A DNA stretch of 64,000 nt from a virus (Duplodnaviria > Caudoviricetes). Within the stretch, counting starts at the first letter, position 1; each line of letters begins with the position of its first letter. The stretch lies in the IMG/VR virus record IMGVR_UViG_3300010340_001122; one strand, 5' to 3'. The notes under the pieces were generated by a model. It made no database searches. It worked only from the letters and a program-made list of their open reading frames with translations, and was not told the DNA's origin. Positions 1-10,662 of the stretch are shown here, piece after piece. Both the position numbers and the translations under genes were made by a program.

Positions 1-1
1 A

Positions 2-118
2 CTTGGATATGATGCAAATAAAACAGAAGAAGAGATTATGTCTGAGCTTGGATATTATCGTGTTTATAATGCTGGTAATAAAAAATGGATTTTACAATTT
101 CTTATTACCACCATGTAA
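2..118 (+). CDS. 3' end of a Hef-like homing endonuclease (partial)
   Basis: Frame reads LGYDANKTEEEIMSELGYYRVYNAGNKKW, matching the C-terminus of the ORF at 31611-33005 (MGYDKNKSEHQILKELKIYRIYGAGNSKF). Confidence 0.75.
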   Translation, partial: LGYDANKTEEEIMSELGYYRVYNAGNKKWILQFLITTM

Positions 119-390
119 AATACTCACCATTTGTATCCTCAAGTATAATTGTATTTGAATTACAATTATCTTTATTATTGAATAAAATACCTTTTTTAGT
201 GTCTAAAAACTTAAATGTGTCCATATATGGATATTCGTCAAACTTCCAATGGTCTAACTTTATTTTTAGATCATGTTTAACTTCACTTTTCCATAAGTTC
301 TTAAATCCTTTTCCAACACACTAAAGATTGATACCATTTAAGTTTTTTGTTTCCAAAAGTCTCTACTATAATAGTCTCTGATAATATCAT
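105..390 (-). pseudogene. Chimeric remnant: HEG-like N-terminus joined out of frame to the 3' end of an unrelated gene
   Basis: ATG 390 gives MILSETIIVETFGNKKLKWYQSL (like the N-terminus at 27494) then stops; another frame reads ...LKIKLDHWKFDEYPYMDTFKFLD...WW to TAA at 105 with no credible start. Confidence 0.45.
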
Positions 391-441
391 ATACTTATAT
401 ATTGTATTCTTTAATCCTTCTAACGTCTTTAAGATATTTTA

Positions 442-690
442 CTATTTGAATTTATTTACCATACTATTCATATTATTCATGTAAGAACTTGGATTAAAGT
501 TAGGCATCGATTTTTGTTGTGAATCTTCTTCTTGCTTTCTTTGCTTTTCTTCATCTTCATTTAGTTCATTAACTATTTTAATATTTTCTTCTAACATCCA
601 AAATGGCCATTCATCAATACAAAATTCATTTATATGATAATGTTTTTGTAAAAGAAGCTTATTCTTTAATAAAGGCTTCAAAGGCATCAT
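442..690 (-). CDS. Baseplate hub assembly protein, T4 gp51-like
   Basis: LLLQKHYHINEFCIDEWPFWMLE resembles the gp51 pattern; directly downstream of a gp26-like gene; start placed at ATG 690. Confidence 0.6.
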   Translation of the reverse strand: MMPLKPLLKNKLLLQKHYHINEFCIDEWPFWMLEENIKIVNELNEDEEKQRKQEEDSQQKSMPNFNPSSYMNNMNSMVNKFK

Positions 691-1600
691 GAACAACGAA
701 AATACTTGACGCTCCGTTGGGAAATTGCATATCTGCACGTACCTCCTGACCGTTTATGTTCTTATATAATTCTTTGATACCAAATGTCATTTTACCGACA
801 GCAGCATTTAAAAATTGAAATGAAATATCATCAAGATCTTCAAATTCTTTTAATTTTGCCTTAATTCCTTCATATGTTATAGATGATCTTCCATCAAGCA
901 TAAAAGGTATAATTTTCAAAAATGCTAAGTTTGGAGTTCTGCTTTCATTATTTTCTTTAATAATATAATCAGTAAATGATTTTTGAATTCCAATATTTGG
1001 AGGAGTTAATTCAAATTCTTTATTATTAACTGTTTTGAAATTATAACAATTTTTTGATTTACTAAAGTATTTTTCGATTTTAGGATCAACTTCATGAAAT
1101 TTAAAGTTTTCTCGTTTAAGTTCAATTTGAACTTCATCAGAACCCGATTGAACAGTTACTGCTAAAGAACTTCCAGATTGGAATGTTAATTCTCTGATCA
1201 TAAAGATTAGATAAAGTCTATCTTGATCCTTAACATCTAAATAACTAGCTATATTTCCATTAGGATATTTTACACGTACACATGCTTGTAACATATCATT
1301 CATTTTTTCAACAATATCATAAAAATTATTATCATCTACCATTGAATATGCCTGGATTTCTTTAACTTGAGCAGGTCTTATCATTAGTAATGTACCAGTT
1401 GGGTAAAATTTACCACATGGTAAATCATTAACATCAAAATTAAAATATTGTAAATCAGTTGTTCTTGTTGAATCAATGGGTTGTTGTGTTGATATTTGAT
1501 TAATCATACTTTGAGCAGGATTAAAGTTAGACTTATTTCCTTTATCTTCTAAATGTTTTTTTAAAAAGTCTTCTTCCGACATTTCTTTATCATTTGACAT
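659..1600 (-). CDS. Baseplate hub subunit, T4 gp26-like
   Basis: LPCGKFY...IRPAQVKE...DRLYLIFMIRELT pattern; gene context. Confidence 0.6.
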   Translation of the reverse strand: MSNDKEMSEEDFLKKHLEDKGNKSNFNPAQSMINQISTQQPIDSTRTTDLQYFNFDVNDLPCGKFYPTGTLLMIRPAQVKEIQAYSMVDDNNFYDIVEKMNDMLQACVRVKYPNGNIASYLDVKDQDRLYLIFMIRELTFQSGSSLAVTVQSGSDEVQIELKRENFKFHEVDPKIEKYFSKSKNCYNFKTVNNKEFELTPPNIGIQKSFTDYIIKENNESRTPNLAFLKIIPFMLDGRSSITYEGIKAKLKEFEDLDDISFQFLNAAVGKMTFGIKELYKNINGQEVRADMQFPNGASSIFVVHDAFEAFIKE

Positions 1601-1797
1601 ATTTTGTGTTATTTTTTAGGTATATATAGTTATAGTTTAACTACCCATTATTGTTTTTTTAAAATATTGATAAATGGTAAAAAGTTGTTTTTATTTATCA
1701 ATATATATATAGAAAATAATTGTAATACAGGTATTAATAAATTAAATATATAATTTATAATTGCTTAGACAATTAAATAAAAAATAAAAAAAAGACT

Positions 1798-2424
1798 ATG
1801 CCTCTTCCACATTTTACTCAATTGCAGATGACTGGATCACCAGGTGGTCCTGGTACACAACCACAAGAACCAGTATATTTGAATCTATTTGAGATTACAT
1901 TTGTTCTTCCAACAATATTACAAGCTCAGGGTAGAGATCCCGTGTTGTTATTACAACAAGCATTGAGTGTTGATTTGAACTTAACAAATAAAACAATTGC
2001 AACATCTCAACAAAGATGGAAATATACAACTAGAGCTTTCCTAAATGCTGGTCCTGCTGAAACTCACGTAGATGACTTAGGTATCACATTTAATGTAAAC
2101 GTTAATAATAACGGTTCGATGGAGAGTTGGGCAGCTTTGAAAGCTTGGTATGATTTAGTTTGGAATTCACAAAACGGTTATTTACACTATAAAGCTGATA
2201 TTATTGGTACTATTATTGTTAATCAACATGATAAAAAAGGATTGGTTCTTAGAAGAGTTACTTTTCAGAATGCTCAGATTAAAAATTTAACAAGTCCATC
2301 ATTAACATATGAAGGGCAAGGTATTTTACAAAACATTACAGCTAATTTTGTTGCTGATTATTGGATTGATGAATATATTGATAATAATTTCACTATTTCA
2401 CCACCTTTTGTTTCAGGATATTAA
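1798..2424 (+). CDS. Tail tube protein, T4 gp19-like
   Basis: 208 aa; NLFEITF, W...WYDLVWN and YKADI..I motifs; low-Lys structural composition; followed by a terminator. Confidence 0.7.
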   Translation: MPLPHFTQLQMTGSPGGPGTQPQEPVYLNLFEITFVLPTILQAQGRDPVLLLQQALSVDLNLTNKTIATSQQRWKYTTRAFLNAGPAETHVDDLGITFNVNVNNNGSMESWAALKAWYDLVWNSQNGYLHYKADIIGTIIVNQHDKKGLVLRRVTFQNAQIKNLTSPSLTYEGQGILQNITANFVADYWIDEYIDNNFTISPPFVSGY

Positions 2425-2434
2425 TTTTTTAAAT

Positions 2435-2478
2435 TTCAACAAAAAACCGATAGATTTCTATCGGTTTTTTTTGTTGAA
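2435..2478 (+). terminator. Intrinsic terminator
   Basis: aaaaaaccgatag-attt-ctatcggtttttttt hairpin after the tail tube gene. Confidence 0.85.
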
Positions 2479-2523
2479 CATATCCTCAGATTTTTCATAT
2501 AAATTGAAAATATAATTATATGA

Positions 2524-3633
2524 ATGAAAGTATTTATTACAACAGATTGGCATTTTGGGGTTTATGTTAATAATTTAGATAAATGGTTAAATATGATGGA
2601 AGATTATTTTTATAATTTTTTCATACCTTATTTAAAAGAAAATGTAAAAGATGGTGATATATTAGTACATTGTGGTGATCTTTATGATAACCGAACTTCG
2701 ATACCTATTATAGCCTCATATAAAGCTGAAAAAATATTAACCGAGATATCTAAAATATTACCAGTACATCTAATTGTTGGTAATCATGATTTATGGAATA
2801 AAGGGTCTAATGATATTAATTCAGTTCGTCTATTCAACTTTGTTGAAAATATTAATGTTTATACAGAAACATCAATAATTGAGGTCTTTGGTAGTAAGTT
2901 GGTATTAATGCCTTGGGTTGAGAAAAGATTAGATATGATTAAAGAACTTCAATCTAATTCAGGCGATTATTTATTCTGTCATAGTGATTTAAATGGATGT
3001 AGAATGCATTTAAATTCAGTTGCGCATAGAAATGCTGATAAGATAGATGTTGATGAATTTAATCGATTTAAACATGTATTTTCTGGACATATACATATTC
3101 GACAGACTAATAAAAACTTTACATTTGTGGGTTCCCCATATCAAATGGATAGAAATGATATGGGAGATCAAAAAGGAATATCTGTTTTAGATTTAGTTAG
3201 TGGTAAAATTCATTTTGAGCCTAACACACATTCTCCAATTTTTAGAAAGTTTCAAGTTGTTAATGAAGATGATATTGAAATGATAGAATCTTTAAAAGAC
3301 ACTAAGGATTATATTGATTTATCTATATCAAATAATTTATTAATCAATAATCGTAAATTAAGAAGAAAATTGGAAACAATATTAGAAACAGGTAATTTCG
3401 CTTCTGTTGAATATCTTGATGATATAGTTAAAACTGAAAAAGAAAAGAAAGAAAAAGAATTAACAGAAGAAGAATTGCAGATTTCAATTCAATTAGAATA
3501 TGAGGTGTTTATTAAAGGATATATTCAGAATCAAAATTATGTAAATGATTCTTTCAAAGAAGGTATTTTAGGAGAATTTGGTGAAGTTATTCGTATTTAT
3601 AATGAAAATTATAAAGTTAAAAGTGAATCTTAG
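2524..3633 (+). CDS. Recombination endonuclease, Mre11/SbcD/T4 gp47-like
   Basis: Metallophosphoesterase motifs TDWHFG, GDLYD, GNHD, SGHIH. Confidence 0.9.
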   Translation: MKVFITTDWHFGVYVNNLDKWLNMMEDYFYNFFIPYLKENVKDGDILVHCGDLYDNRTSIPIIASYKAEKILTEISKILPVHLIVGNHDLWNKGSNDINSVRLFNFVENINVYTETSIIEVFGSKLVLMPWVEKRLDMIKELQSNSGDYLFCHSDLNGCRMHLNSVAHRNADKIDVDEFNRFKHVFSGHIHIRQTNKNFTFVGSPYQMDRNDMGDQKGISVLDLVSGKIHFEPNTHSPIFRKFQVVNEDDIEMIESLKDTKDYIDLSISNNLLINNRKLRRKLETILETGNFASVEYLDDIVKTEKEKKEKELTEEELQISIQLEYEVFIKGYIQNQNYVNDSFKEGILGEFGEVIRIYNENYKVKSES

Positions 3634-4496
3634 ATAAGATCCACTTTTAAGTATTTTGAGTTAACCTCAATTTGTACAATACAATCAGGTATTATATCTA
3701 AGATACGATCTTGAGCTTCTTTTAAAAATACCATAGATTGAAACATTTTATCTGTTAAGTGAAATTTTGCAGAATCAAATTTCACCGTTTCTGTTCTACC
3801 ATAACTTTTACCATATGGTATTCTAACATCTATTCTTTGATCAATTACATCCAATCCATCTAAATAGAAAATATAAGAATTATTTTCTTTGGAAGATTCA
3901 ACATGATCTGAAATATCAATCAGTTCTAAAAAACAATCATTAATAGACTCCCATTTTTCGGAAATTTCAATACTTCGATAATACATCTCCTTTATCTTCT
4001 CACTTTCAAGAATTGAACTATATATTTGAGTTATTAAATTATTAGTTTCTGTTAAAATAATAAGATAATTTTGAGCGATAATAGTTAGATCGAGATAATG
4101 TGTTTCTGTCTCTTCATTTTTTGATATGGTAAAATAACAAGGGTGAATATTATAAAAAATGACCTTAGTTTCATAAGGTATGTTGTAGTAGTTGTATTCT
4201 TGATCATCGCCTATAATATATTTCCAATTTTTATATTGTTCTTCCGAAATAAGAGATCTTAGATGACAAGTATTATCTTTATTAATAATTATATTGTCAA
4301 ATTTTGCTGGAAAATATTTAGATGAGTGTGTTGATATTGGTATGTCAACTATAAATTTATATGAGGTATCAGATAACTTTTCAAATGAGTTGTGTGGTAT
4401 AATAGGAAACCATACCGGTTCAACTTTATCATCTTTTTGAGGAATAGTGGATTTTATAGGTTTGTTTTTAAACAAACCTCTAATAATAGAGAGCAT
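3630..4496 (-). CDS. Hypothetical protein
   Basis: 288-aa ORF; contains the INDCFLELID helix motif shared with the cargo family. Confidence 0.6.
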   Translation of the reverse strand: MLSIIRGLFKNKPIKSTIPQKDDKVEPVWFPIIPHNSFEKLSDTSYKFIVDIPISTHSSKYFPAKFDNIIINKDNTCHLRSLISEEQYKNWKYIIGDDQEYNYYNIPYETKVIFYNIHPCYFTISKNEETETHYLDLTIIAQNYLIILTETNNLITQIYSSILESEKIKEMYYRSIEISEKWESINDCFLELIDISDHVESSKENNSYIFYLDGLDVIDQRIDVRIPYGKSYGRTETVKFDSAKFHLTDKMFQSMVFLKEAQDRILDIIPDCIVQIEVNSKYLKVDLI

Positions 4497-4581
4497 AATT
4501 TTATATTTAAAAGTAAATATACTAAAAATAATAAGTATATTTACAAAAAATTATAATCGTTTTCTTTTTAATATATAATCA

Positions 4582-5433
4582 ATGAAACATCTTAAAAGAT
4601 TTGAGGAATTGGACCTCCTCGATCTTGATAAATATAGAAATTTTTTAAAAAAGTATCAAAAGACTGGATACATATCTACTTCCTCTGTTAAGAAATTAAA
4701 AGAATGGGGGTTAGATATTAGAGATTTTTCTCATGTTGAGAATCAAGTTATAAATTGTTTAGATTTTTTTAGAGTTGGTGATAGAGATTTATTTTCAGAT
4801 TATTTTATAGAAATAAAGGATAAATACCCTGATATATCATATTATTTATATTATTCTTTAAATGTAGAACCTTTAGGATCTACACATTGGTCTACATATA
4901 GTGGAACATTGGATAAATTTAATTTTATTGTTTCGGTGGATGAAAAAAATCTACCATCAATGAGGGGACCAAATATTGATAATAATATTAATATTATTGA
5001 TAAAGTAATATCCGGAATTGAAGATAGTCGTAAAAAAATCTATCAAAAGGGTAAAGATATGTTAAGTGGTAATGTTGTCAATAAAACAGCATTTGACACT
5101 TTTTTTGCAAAAAGTTATTTAAAATCAGGATCTTCAAATCAAATAGAGAATTGTAAAATATTACCAGTTATATCTATTAAAATATTTTTAAACACATATG
5201 ATGATGATGCTTGGGTTAATCATCAAGATGATTATGGAAATTATTATAAATTTATTAAAGAGAAACGAAAAGAGGCGGCTAATGATATTAAACTAAATTT
5301 AGATACAATTTTTAAATCATATTTTTATTCAATAGGTTATCCTAATATTAATTATAAAATAGAAAGGCCATGGGTCGGACACTATGATGATGGCGATATT
5401 GTTGATTTTAACATTAATTGTGAATTAAATTAA
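4582..5433 (+). CDS. Hypothetical protein with N-terminal MKHLKRFEE peptide (putative virion cargo)
   Basis: 283-aa ORF; TTAATATATA motif just upstream. Confidence 0.65.
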   Translation: MKHLKRFEELDLLDLDKYRNFLKKYQKTGYISTSSVKKLKEWGLDIRDFSHVENQVINCLDFFRVGDRDLFSDYFIEIKDKYPDISYYLYYSLNVEPLGSTHWSTYSGTLDKFNFIVSVDEKNLPSMRGPNIDNNINIIDKVISGIEDSRKKIYQKGKDMLSGNVVNKTAFDTFFAKSYLKSGSSNQIENCKILPVISIKIFLNTYDDDAWVNHQDDYGNYYKFIKEKRKEAANDIKLNLDTIFKSYFYSIGYPNINYKIERPWVGHYDDGDIVDFNINCELN

Positions 5434-5885
5434 TAAAATATATAATTACTTTTATTATCTATTCTTTTAACAACTAAATATAGACCGGGTACTTGACTAT
5501 ATTTAGTCGGATCTGTAAAAATATCAGAATTTATATCAGATTGATTTTTTTTATTTATAATATATCCGCTAACTCCATCCATATCACTATCAGTCAAAAA
5601 ATAAAGATTAGCTATGAATTCTTCGGAACTTAGGTGAGAATTGATATTCTCTAATTCATTTAGAAAGTCAAGTATAGAATCTTTATTAAGAGAAACCGCA
5701 AAAACTACCTTTATTTTTTCACTATCATTCCCTTTTACTATATGTTCTATTGATGTTGGAATAACTTCAATAAAATTTAAATCATTTAGTGTCGTTACTA
5801 TATCATCTATCATTTGAACTGTACTGGATGTATTATCATTTTTCTTTTTAAATAAATTTAAGAATCCTTCATATTTTTTAATCAT
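5430..5885 (-). CDS. Hypothetical protein (MIKKYEGF N-terminus)
   Basis: 151-aa ORF in an ATGA-coupled operon. Confidence 0.6.
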   Translation of the reverse strand: MIKKYEGFLNLFKKKNDNTSSTVQMIDDIVTTLNDLNFIEVIPTSIEHIVKGNDSEKIKVVFAVSLNKDSILDFLNELENINSHLSSEEFIANLYFLTDSDMDGVSGYIINKKNQSDINSDIFTDPTKYSQVPGLYLVVKRIDNKSNYIFY

Positions 5886-6154
5886 AACTTTTGTAATTTT
5901 ATTTTTAAATCACCGCTTCCTTTTATTAATCTATGATATATACCTTTAGGTATAAAAACTTTACCTTCAATTTTTATTGGTAGTTCATTGTCTAATTGAA
6001 ATTTCCAATTAGTTTCTTCAATAGATTCTATTATTCTATCCTCTCTATCACGGTGCCACATAAGAGATTCATCACCTATATCACTTTTAAAAATTCTTAT
6101 AGATTCATTTGAGTTTTTAATCTCCTCATTAAATGGTAGTGTCATATTTTCCAT
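5882..6154 (-). CDS. Small cupin-like protein
   Basis: WHRD.EDR and FIPKGIYHRLIKG His motifs. Confidence 0.55.
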   Translation of the reverse strand: MENMTLPFNEEIKNSNESIRIFKSDIGDESLMWHRDREDRIIESIEETNWKFQLDNELPIKIEGKVFIPKGIYHRLIKGSGDLKIKLQKL

Positions 6155-6573
6155 AAAAATATTGATATTGTTCCTAAGTTAGATGTCATATAATTAATAC
6201 AATATTCTCTAATATTATTTAAATTAACACTATATACACTGACTCCTTTTTCGATAGTCATGCTATTTTTCCAACCTTGTGATTCCGTGTATTTAATACA
6301 ATCTTCAATTATTTTAATTATTTCTTGTATTTGCTTATAATCCGGTCTTATTCTAAGACATAAATAATCATTAAATCCTTTTTCAACTCCTGTATTTCTA
6401 TACCAATTCTCACCATATATCATATAAATGGTTTTACCAGTTATTTCATAGTCAGATCCTAAATCTACAATATCTAAAAGTCTATCTTCTAAATCTTCTT
6501 TGATATTATTTTCATTCTCGGTTAGATCTATTTTATAGTTTTCGAATAATTTATATGATATAATATTTTTCAT
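6142..6573 (-). CDS. Hypothetical protein (MKNIISYKLFEN N-terminus)
   Basis: 143-aa ORF in the operon. Confidence 0.6.
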   Translation of the reverse strand: MKNIISYKLFENYKIDLTENENNIKEDLEDRLLDIVDLGSDYEITGKTIYMIYGENWYRNTGVEKGFNDYLCLRIRPDYKQIQEIIKIIEDCIKYTESQGWKNSMTIEKGVSVYSVNLNNIREYCINYMTSNLGTISIFLWKI

Positions 6574-6929
6574 AACGTAAATATTAGATGTATATCTCTT
6601 TCTATTCCTTTGGAGTCTACTGTAATATCTTCAAAGTCAAATTCAATTTTAATATCTGGATATTCTTCTTTGACTCTATTAATACAAGACTTCAAATTAT
6701 TTGAGAAGTTGTATACCTCTTTTATATTTTCCTCGTAATAATCAAACATTGATGTCTTTTTTAAAATTGGTTCTTTTATGAAGATCTCATAATAGTCTTC
6801 TATTTCATCCACATCACCATCTCGATTAAATCCTTCAGCTCCCTCGTCTAAAAACTCTGAGAATATAAATTTTAAATATTGAATATCTAAACCTTGCGAA
6901 TTAGATTCATTAAATTTTTTAATTTTCAT
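6570..6929 (-). CDS. Hypothetical protein, MKIKKFNES paralog A
   Basis: Near-identical to 7443-7817. Confidence 0.7.
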   Translation of the reverse strand: MKIKKFNESNSQGLDIQYLKFIFSEFLDEGAEGFNRDGDVDEIEDYYEIFIKEPILKKTSMFDYYEENIKEVYNFSNNLKSCINRVKEEYPDIKIEFDFEDITVDSKGIERDIHLIFTL

Positions 6930-7399
6930 GATATGATTATTTTATAATTTTCTTTAAATCTATCGATTTTACTTAACCAATTTTGTTTAAAATCACATTC
7001 TTTTACAAATTTTTGTATTCTTGGTTCTATATAAGTTAGTAAATTTCTTATCTGATTAACCAAAGCTGATGTCATTTTTGGATTTTTATATATTGAATTA
7101 ACATCTTTAGTTAATTCAGCATAATTCATTCCATTTATTAATGGTTGTCTTAGTCTTTGAGACATTAATATTAATTCTTTAGTTGCATTTTCATCAATTC
7201 CCATTTTAGTAACTTGTGATAGATTCAAAGTTATAAATATTCCAAAATCATATAGAAATTCATTCATAAATTTTTTATCAACAGATTCAACTGTATTTTT
7301 ACACAATTTGGTATAATCCAATTTACTTGTGATTTTATAATTTTTATGCATATAGGGAACATAATCATTAATTTCTTCAAAAAATTTTAAATATCTCAT
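6926..7399 (-). CDS. Hypothetical protein (MRYLKFFEE N-terminus)
   Basis: 157-aa ORF between the duplicated paralogs. Confidence 0.65.
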   Translation of the reverse strand: MRYLKFFEEINDYVPYMHKNYKITSKLDYTKLCKNTVESVDKKFMNEFLYDFGIFITLNLSQVTKMGIDENATKELILMSQRLRQPLINGMNYAELTKDVNSIYKNPKMTSALVNQIRNLLTYIEPRIQKFVKECDFKQNWLSKIDRFKENYKIIIS

Positions 7400-7442
7400 A
7401 ATAGTTTTATCATATTTTATATTATTTTTTAATTTTCATTTT

Positions 7443-7817
7443 TTAGATATGATTACTCAGTGTAAATATTAAATGTATATTTCTTTCTATCATTCCTTGT
7501 CGATCTATTTGAACATCTTCAAAGTCAAATTCAATTTTAATATCTGGATATTCTTCTTTGACTCTATTAATACAAGACTTCAAATTATTTGAGAAGTTGT
7601 ATACCTCTTTTATATTTTCCTCGTAATAATCAAACATTGAAGTATTTTTTAAGACAGGTTCTTTTATAAATATCTCATAATAGTCCTCTATTTCGTCCGT
7701 ATCTCCATCGCGATTAAATCCTTCGGCACCCTCATCTAAAAATTCCGAGAATATGAATTTAAAGTATTGAATATCTAACTCGTTAGAATTTGACTCGTTA
7801 AATTTTTTTATTTTCAT
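7443..7817 (-). CDS. Hypothetical protein, MKIKKFNES paralog B
   Basis: Near-identical to 6570-6929; own TTAATATATA motif upstream. Confidence 0.7.
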   Translation of the reverse strand: MKIKKFNESNSNELDIQYFKFIFSEFLDEGAEGFNRDGDTDEIEDYYEIFIKEPVLKNTSMFDYYEENIKEVYNFSNNLKSCINRVKEEYPDIKIEFDFEDVQIDRQGMIERNIHLIFTLSNHI

Positions 7818-7827
7818 AATTTATATA

Positions 7828-8604
7828 TTAATTGTAGAATGGTAATAAAATTTGATGATATCCTTCGTGATTATATGATGGTAATAATATTGCACAATCA
7901 AAATAGGATCCTAATCTTTTCATAAAATCAGTATTTTTTGTAAGTTTTCTTTTCATCCATGGCTTTTCAAAACTTGGAATCTTTATTATAACCGAATTAG
8001 ATTCATATGAGGCGATGGATGTTGTATTAATAATTTTAGAAGCTTTTGACATATACTCTTCATCTAAATCTTCGAAATCTGCTTGTAGTGCATCTAAAAT
8101 AAAATCTTTGTCCGTTTCGTTAAATTTTATTTTATTTGGTATTTCCCAAATAGTTCCTGTAATCATTTTTTTAACTTCTTGTCCTACATATATGTAGGAT
8201 AAATGAATATATTCTTGAGTATATAATTTGAAACGATTTTCTTTTTTATAAACATCTGTATAGTTTAAATAGTCATAATTAAATATAAATTTTTCAAGTT
8301 CTTTTCTATATCGATAACTATTTCGGCCTTCTAAAAAATAATTAGACCAATTAACATATTCGTTGCATATAAAGGTTATATCACCATCTTTTGATGAGTA
8401 TTCCAGTTCATCGATAAATTCGAATATTTCTTTCATCTTTAAAAATGTACCATAAGAAAACTCTAGATTGATACCACTTCTCGTTAATTTATTAGAATCT
8501 TTGAGAAGTGTGTATAAGTAATTAGAATAATATTTTAATTTATCAATTATTTCTGATTTAGATTGAACTCCTTCAAATATTTTATATGGTTTTAAATGTT
8601 TCAC
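7828..8604 (-). CDS. Hypothetical protein (MKHLKPYKIFE N-terminus, GTG start)
   Basis: 258-aa ORF; TTTATATATA motif upstream. Confidence 0.65.
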   Translation of the reverse strand: MKHLKPYKIFEGVQSKSEIIDKLKYYSNYLYTLLKDSNKLTRSGINLEFSYGTFLKMKEIFEFIDELEYSSKDGDITFICNEYVNWSNYFLEGRNSYRYRKELEKFIFNYDYLNYTDVYKKENRFKLYTQEYIHLSYIYVGQEVKKMITGTIWEIPNKIKFNETDKDFILDALQADFEDLDEEYMSKASKIINTTSIASYESNSVIIKIPSFEKPWMKRKLTKNTDFMKRLGSYFDCAILLPSYNHEGYHQILLPFYN

Positions 8605-8607
8605 TAT

Positions 8608-9945
8608 TTATATATAAAAATAATCTGGATAATTATCTGACTTTAATCTATATCTCATTATTTGTCTATCTATACCAGAACCTTCAACCGCCTTTGAAAT
8701 CGATTCATATTCCTTACCTAAAATTGACACACTTTTTGTTTTTGGTAATCCAGTTTCTTTTAATTCAACTTCTTTATTTAAATAAAACCACTCCGGGTAG
8801 GATTTTGAGTTTAATCTCCAATTAATATAATCATTTGATTTATTTAAATATTTTGCAGCTTCCGTAATAGATTCATATATAATACCACCTATTGATATTC
8901 TTTCTTTTTTTGATAAATATGGATCAATATTTTCATATTTTTTACACTTTTTATTTAATTCTTCATCTTGAAAAAGATAATTTTTGAAATGTGATGATTT
9001 TAGTCTTGAACGAATTAAAGACCTATCAATATTTAGTTTTTTTACTGCATCAGATATTGATTCATATTTAATATCGTCAATTATTATTTTTAATTTTGTT
9101 GCTTGTTCGAATTTTTTTCTATTCTTTTTTAGACTAATTTTAATCTCTAATTTTAACTTATCACCAATATGTTCATAATATTCTTTTCTATTTTTGAAAT
9201 ATTTATTTGGTATAAATTTTAAGTAAGAAGTCAGTCCTTCTATATTTTTATTTTCTATGTGGGTTTCTATCTTATTAAATTCTTCATCTTCTCTAATTTT
9301 TAACTTTCCAAAAATGAACCTCAATTCGTGACCAAAAAAATCATAAAATCCATTTGCATTTTTTAGAAAATTATGTGAAGATCTCTTTTTAATTATTTTT
9401 AACTCGTCTATGAATTCATATATTTTACCGATATCAATTTGGTCCTTTATAAATTGGCATCTTTTTTTAAGATTTTCATTATAATCTTTCCATTTTTGTT
9501 CATTTTTAATTATTGCTTTTGATGATAAGATACTTTTATGTATATGTGGTTTTAATTTATTTTTATAATCCTTTGCTTTTTCCTCACCGAAAGCTTCCTC
9601 ATATGTCTTTCCTTTTTTTGGATTATTTTTTGATATTTTTTCTTTTATTATTTCTAAATCTGGATGATTGGATAGTGTATCACCGCCATCCCCACCCGGC
9701 GATATATTATATCCAATTTTTTTATCTATCGAATTATAGAATGATATCCAATAAATCTCTTTTTTGGATAACTCATTATAGTCATCAGTTGTGTCTATAA
9801 TTTCTTTAATGAAGTTTTCACTACCATATTTTTTTAAGGCTCGCTTAATTAGTAATCCTGATCCAAAATATTTAGGATCAGATGTTGTGTCTTTTCCTAT
9901 ATAAATTTTATTGTTTATTAGGTTGGTAACTTTATAAATTTGCAT
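8608..9945 (-). mobile_element. Free-standing GIY-YIG (Seg-like) homing endonuclease
   Basis: N-terminal IYKVTNLINNKIYIGK...YFGSG...GYNI; three C-terminal YESIS.A DNA-binding repeats. Confidence 0.9.
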
Positions 9946-9997
9946 AATGATAATTTTTATTTACCATTATATATTAAATATTTTACCTTCCTTTAGA

Positions 9998-10578
9998 TTA
10001 CCAAAAACCTGGATAGGTGCGTCCGCCCCAAAGATGTCCGTACCGATTTGCACGACACGACCAAATCCAGGAGTTGTTTTATCTTTTTTCAAATGACATT
10101 GATGACGAGATGCAAATGATTTTCTAGCTTTTGGATCAGATACTTTAGCGCTTAATCCACCAGAAACATCTCCAAAATTGACTACTTTGACATTTCCAGT
10201 TTTTGGATTCTTTACAAATACTTTATATTTCTTAGGACCTGAACTCCTTGTTGGATGATTTAATTCAACTTCTCTTCCTTTATATTCGGCTTCATTGAGT
10301 TCATACATAATTTCCAATGGTAGATCTAGTGGGACCAATTCACCTTCAAACATTTCAAATTTACCTATATCTGAAGTTTCAAAGAGTTCTTTATCATGTC
10401 CTGATAGTTCAACCAATCCTTTATCATATAGTTTTCTAGATTCTTTTAAAAGATTAAAATATGATTCTGATCCATACCTGAATATATTTTCAGTTATGGA
10501 CATATCATTATTTATATGATATTGAAGATGTTCAGAAATAACCTCTTCTTCTACATTGAATCTTTTAATATATTTCAT
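9998..10578 (-). CDS. Conserved phage hypothetical protein (MKYIKRFN N-terminus), apparent 1-nt frameshift near 10064
   Basis: KKYKVFVKNPKTGNVKVVNFGD...ARKSFASRHQC; an alternate frame continues WSCRANRYGHLWGGRTYPGFW to TAA 9998. Confidence 0.6.
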
Positions 10579-10662
10579 AATATTTTAAATTTTTATTATA
10601 TATTAATTCTTCATCAAGAATTAAAGTTTTTATATATATTCAAAATAGTATTTGATTAGTAG

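Larger units (their letters stand above)
6575..7817. repeat. Direct duplication of ~350 bp (6575-6929 vs ~7460-7817)
   Basis: Long identical runs, e.g. tcttcaaagtcaaattcaattttaatatctggatattcttctttgactctattaatacaagacttcaaattatttgagaagttgtatacctc in both copies. Confidence 0.9.

Noticed and set aside
659-738. Programmed frameshift fusing gp26-like and gp51-like ORFs (TTT CCC in the overlap)
   Set aside because: A plain ATG ATG start at 690 explains the short overlap; no further support.
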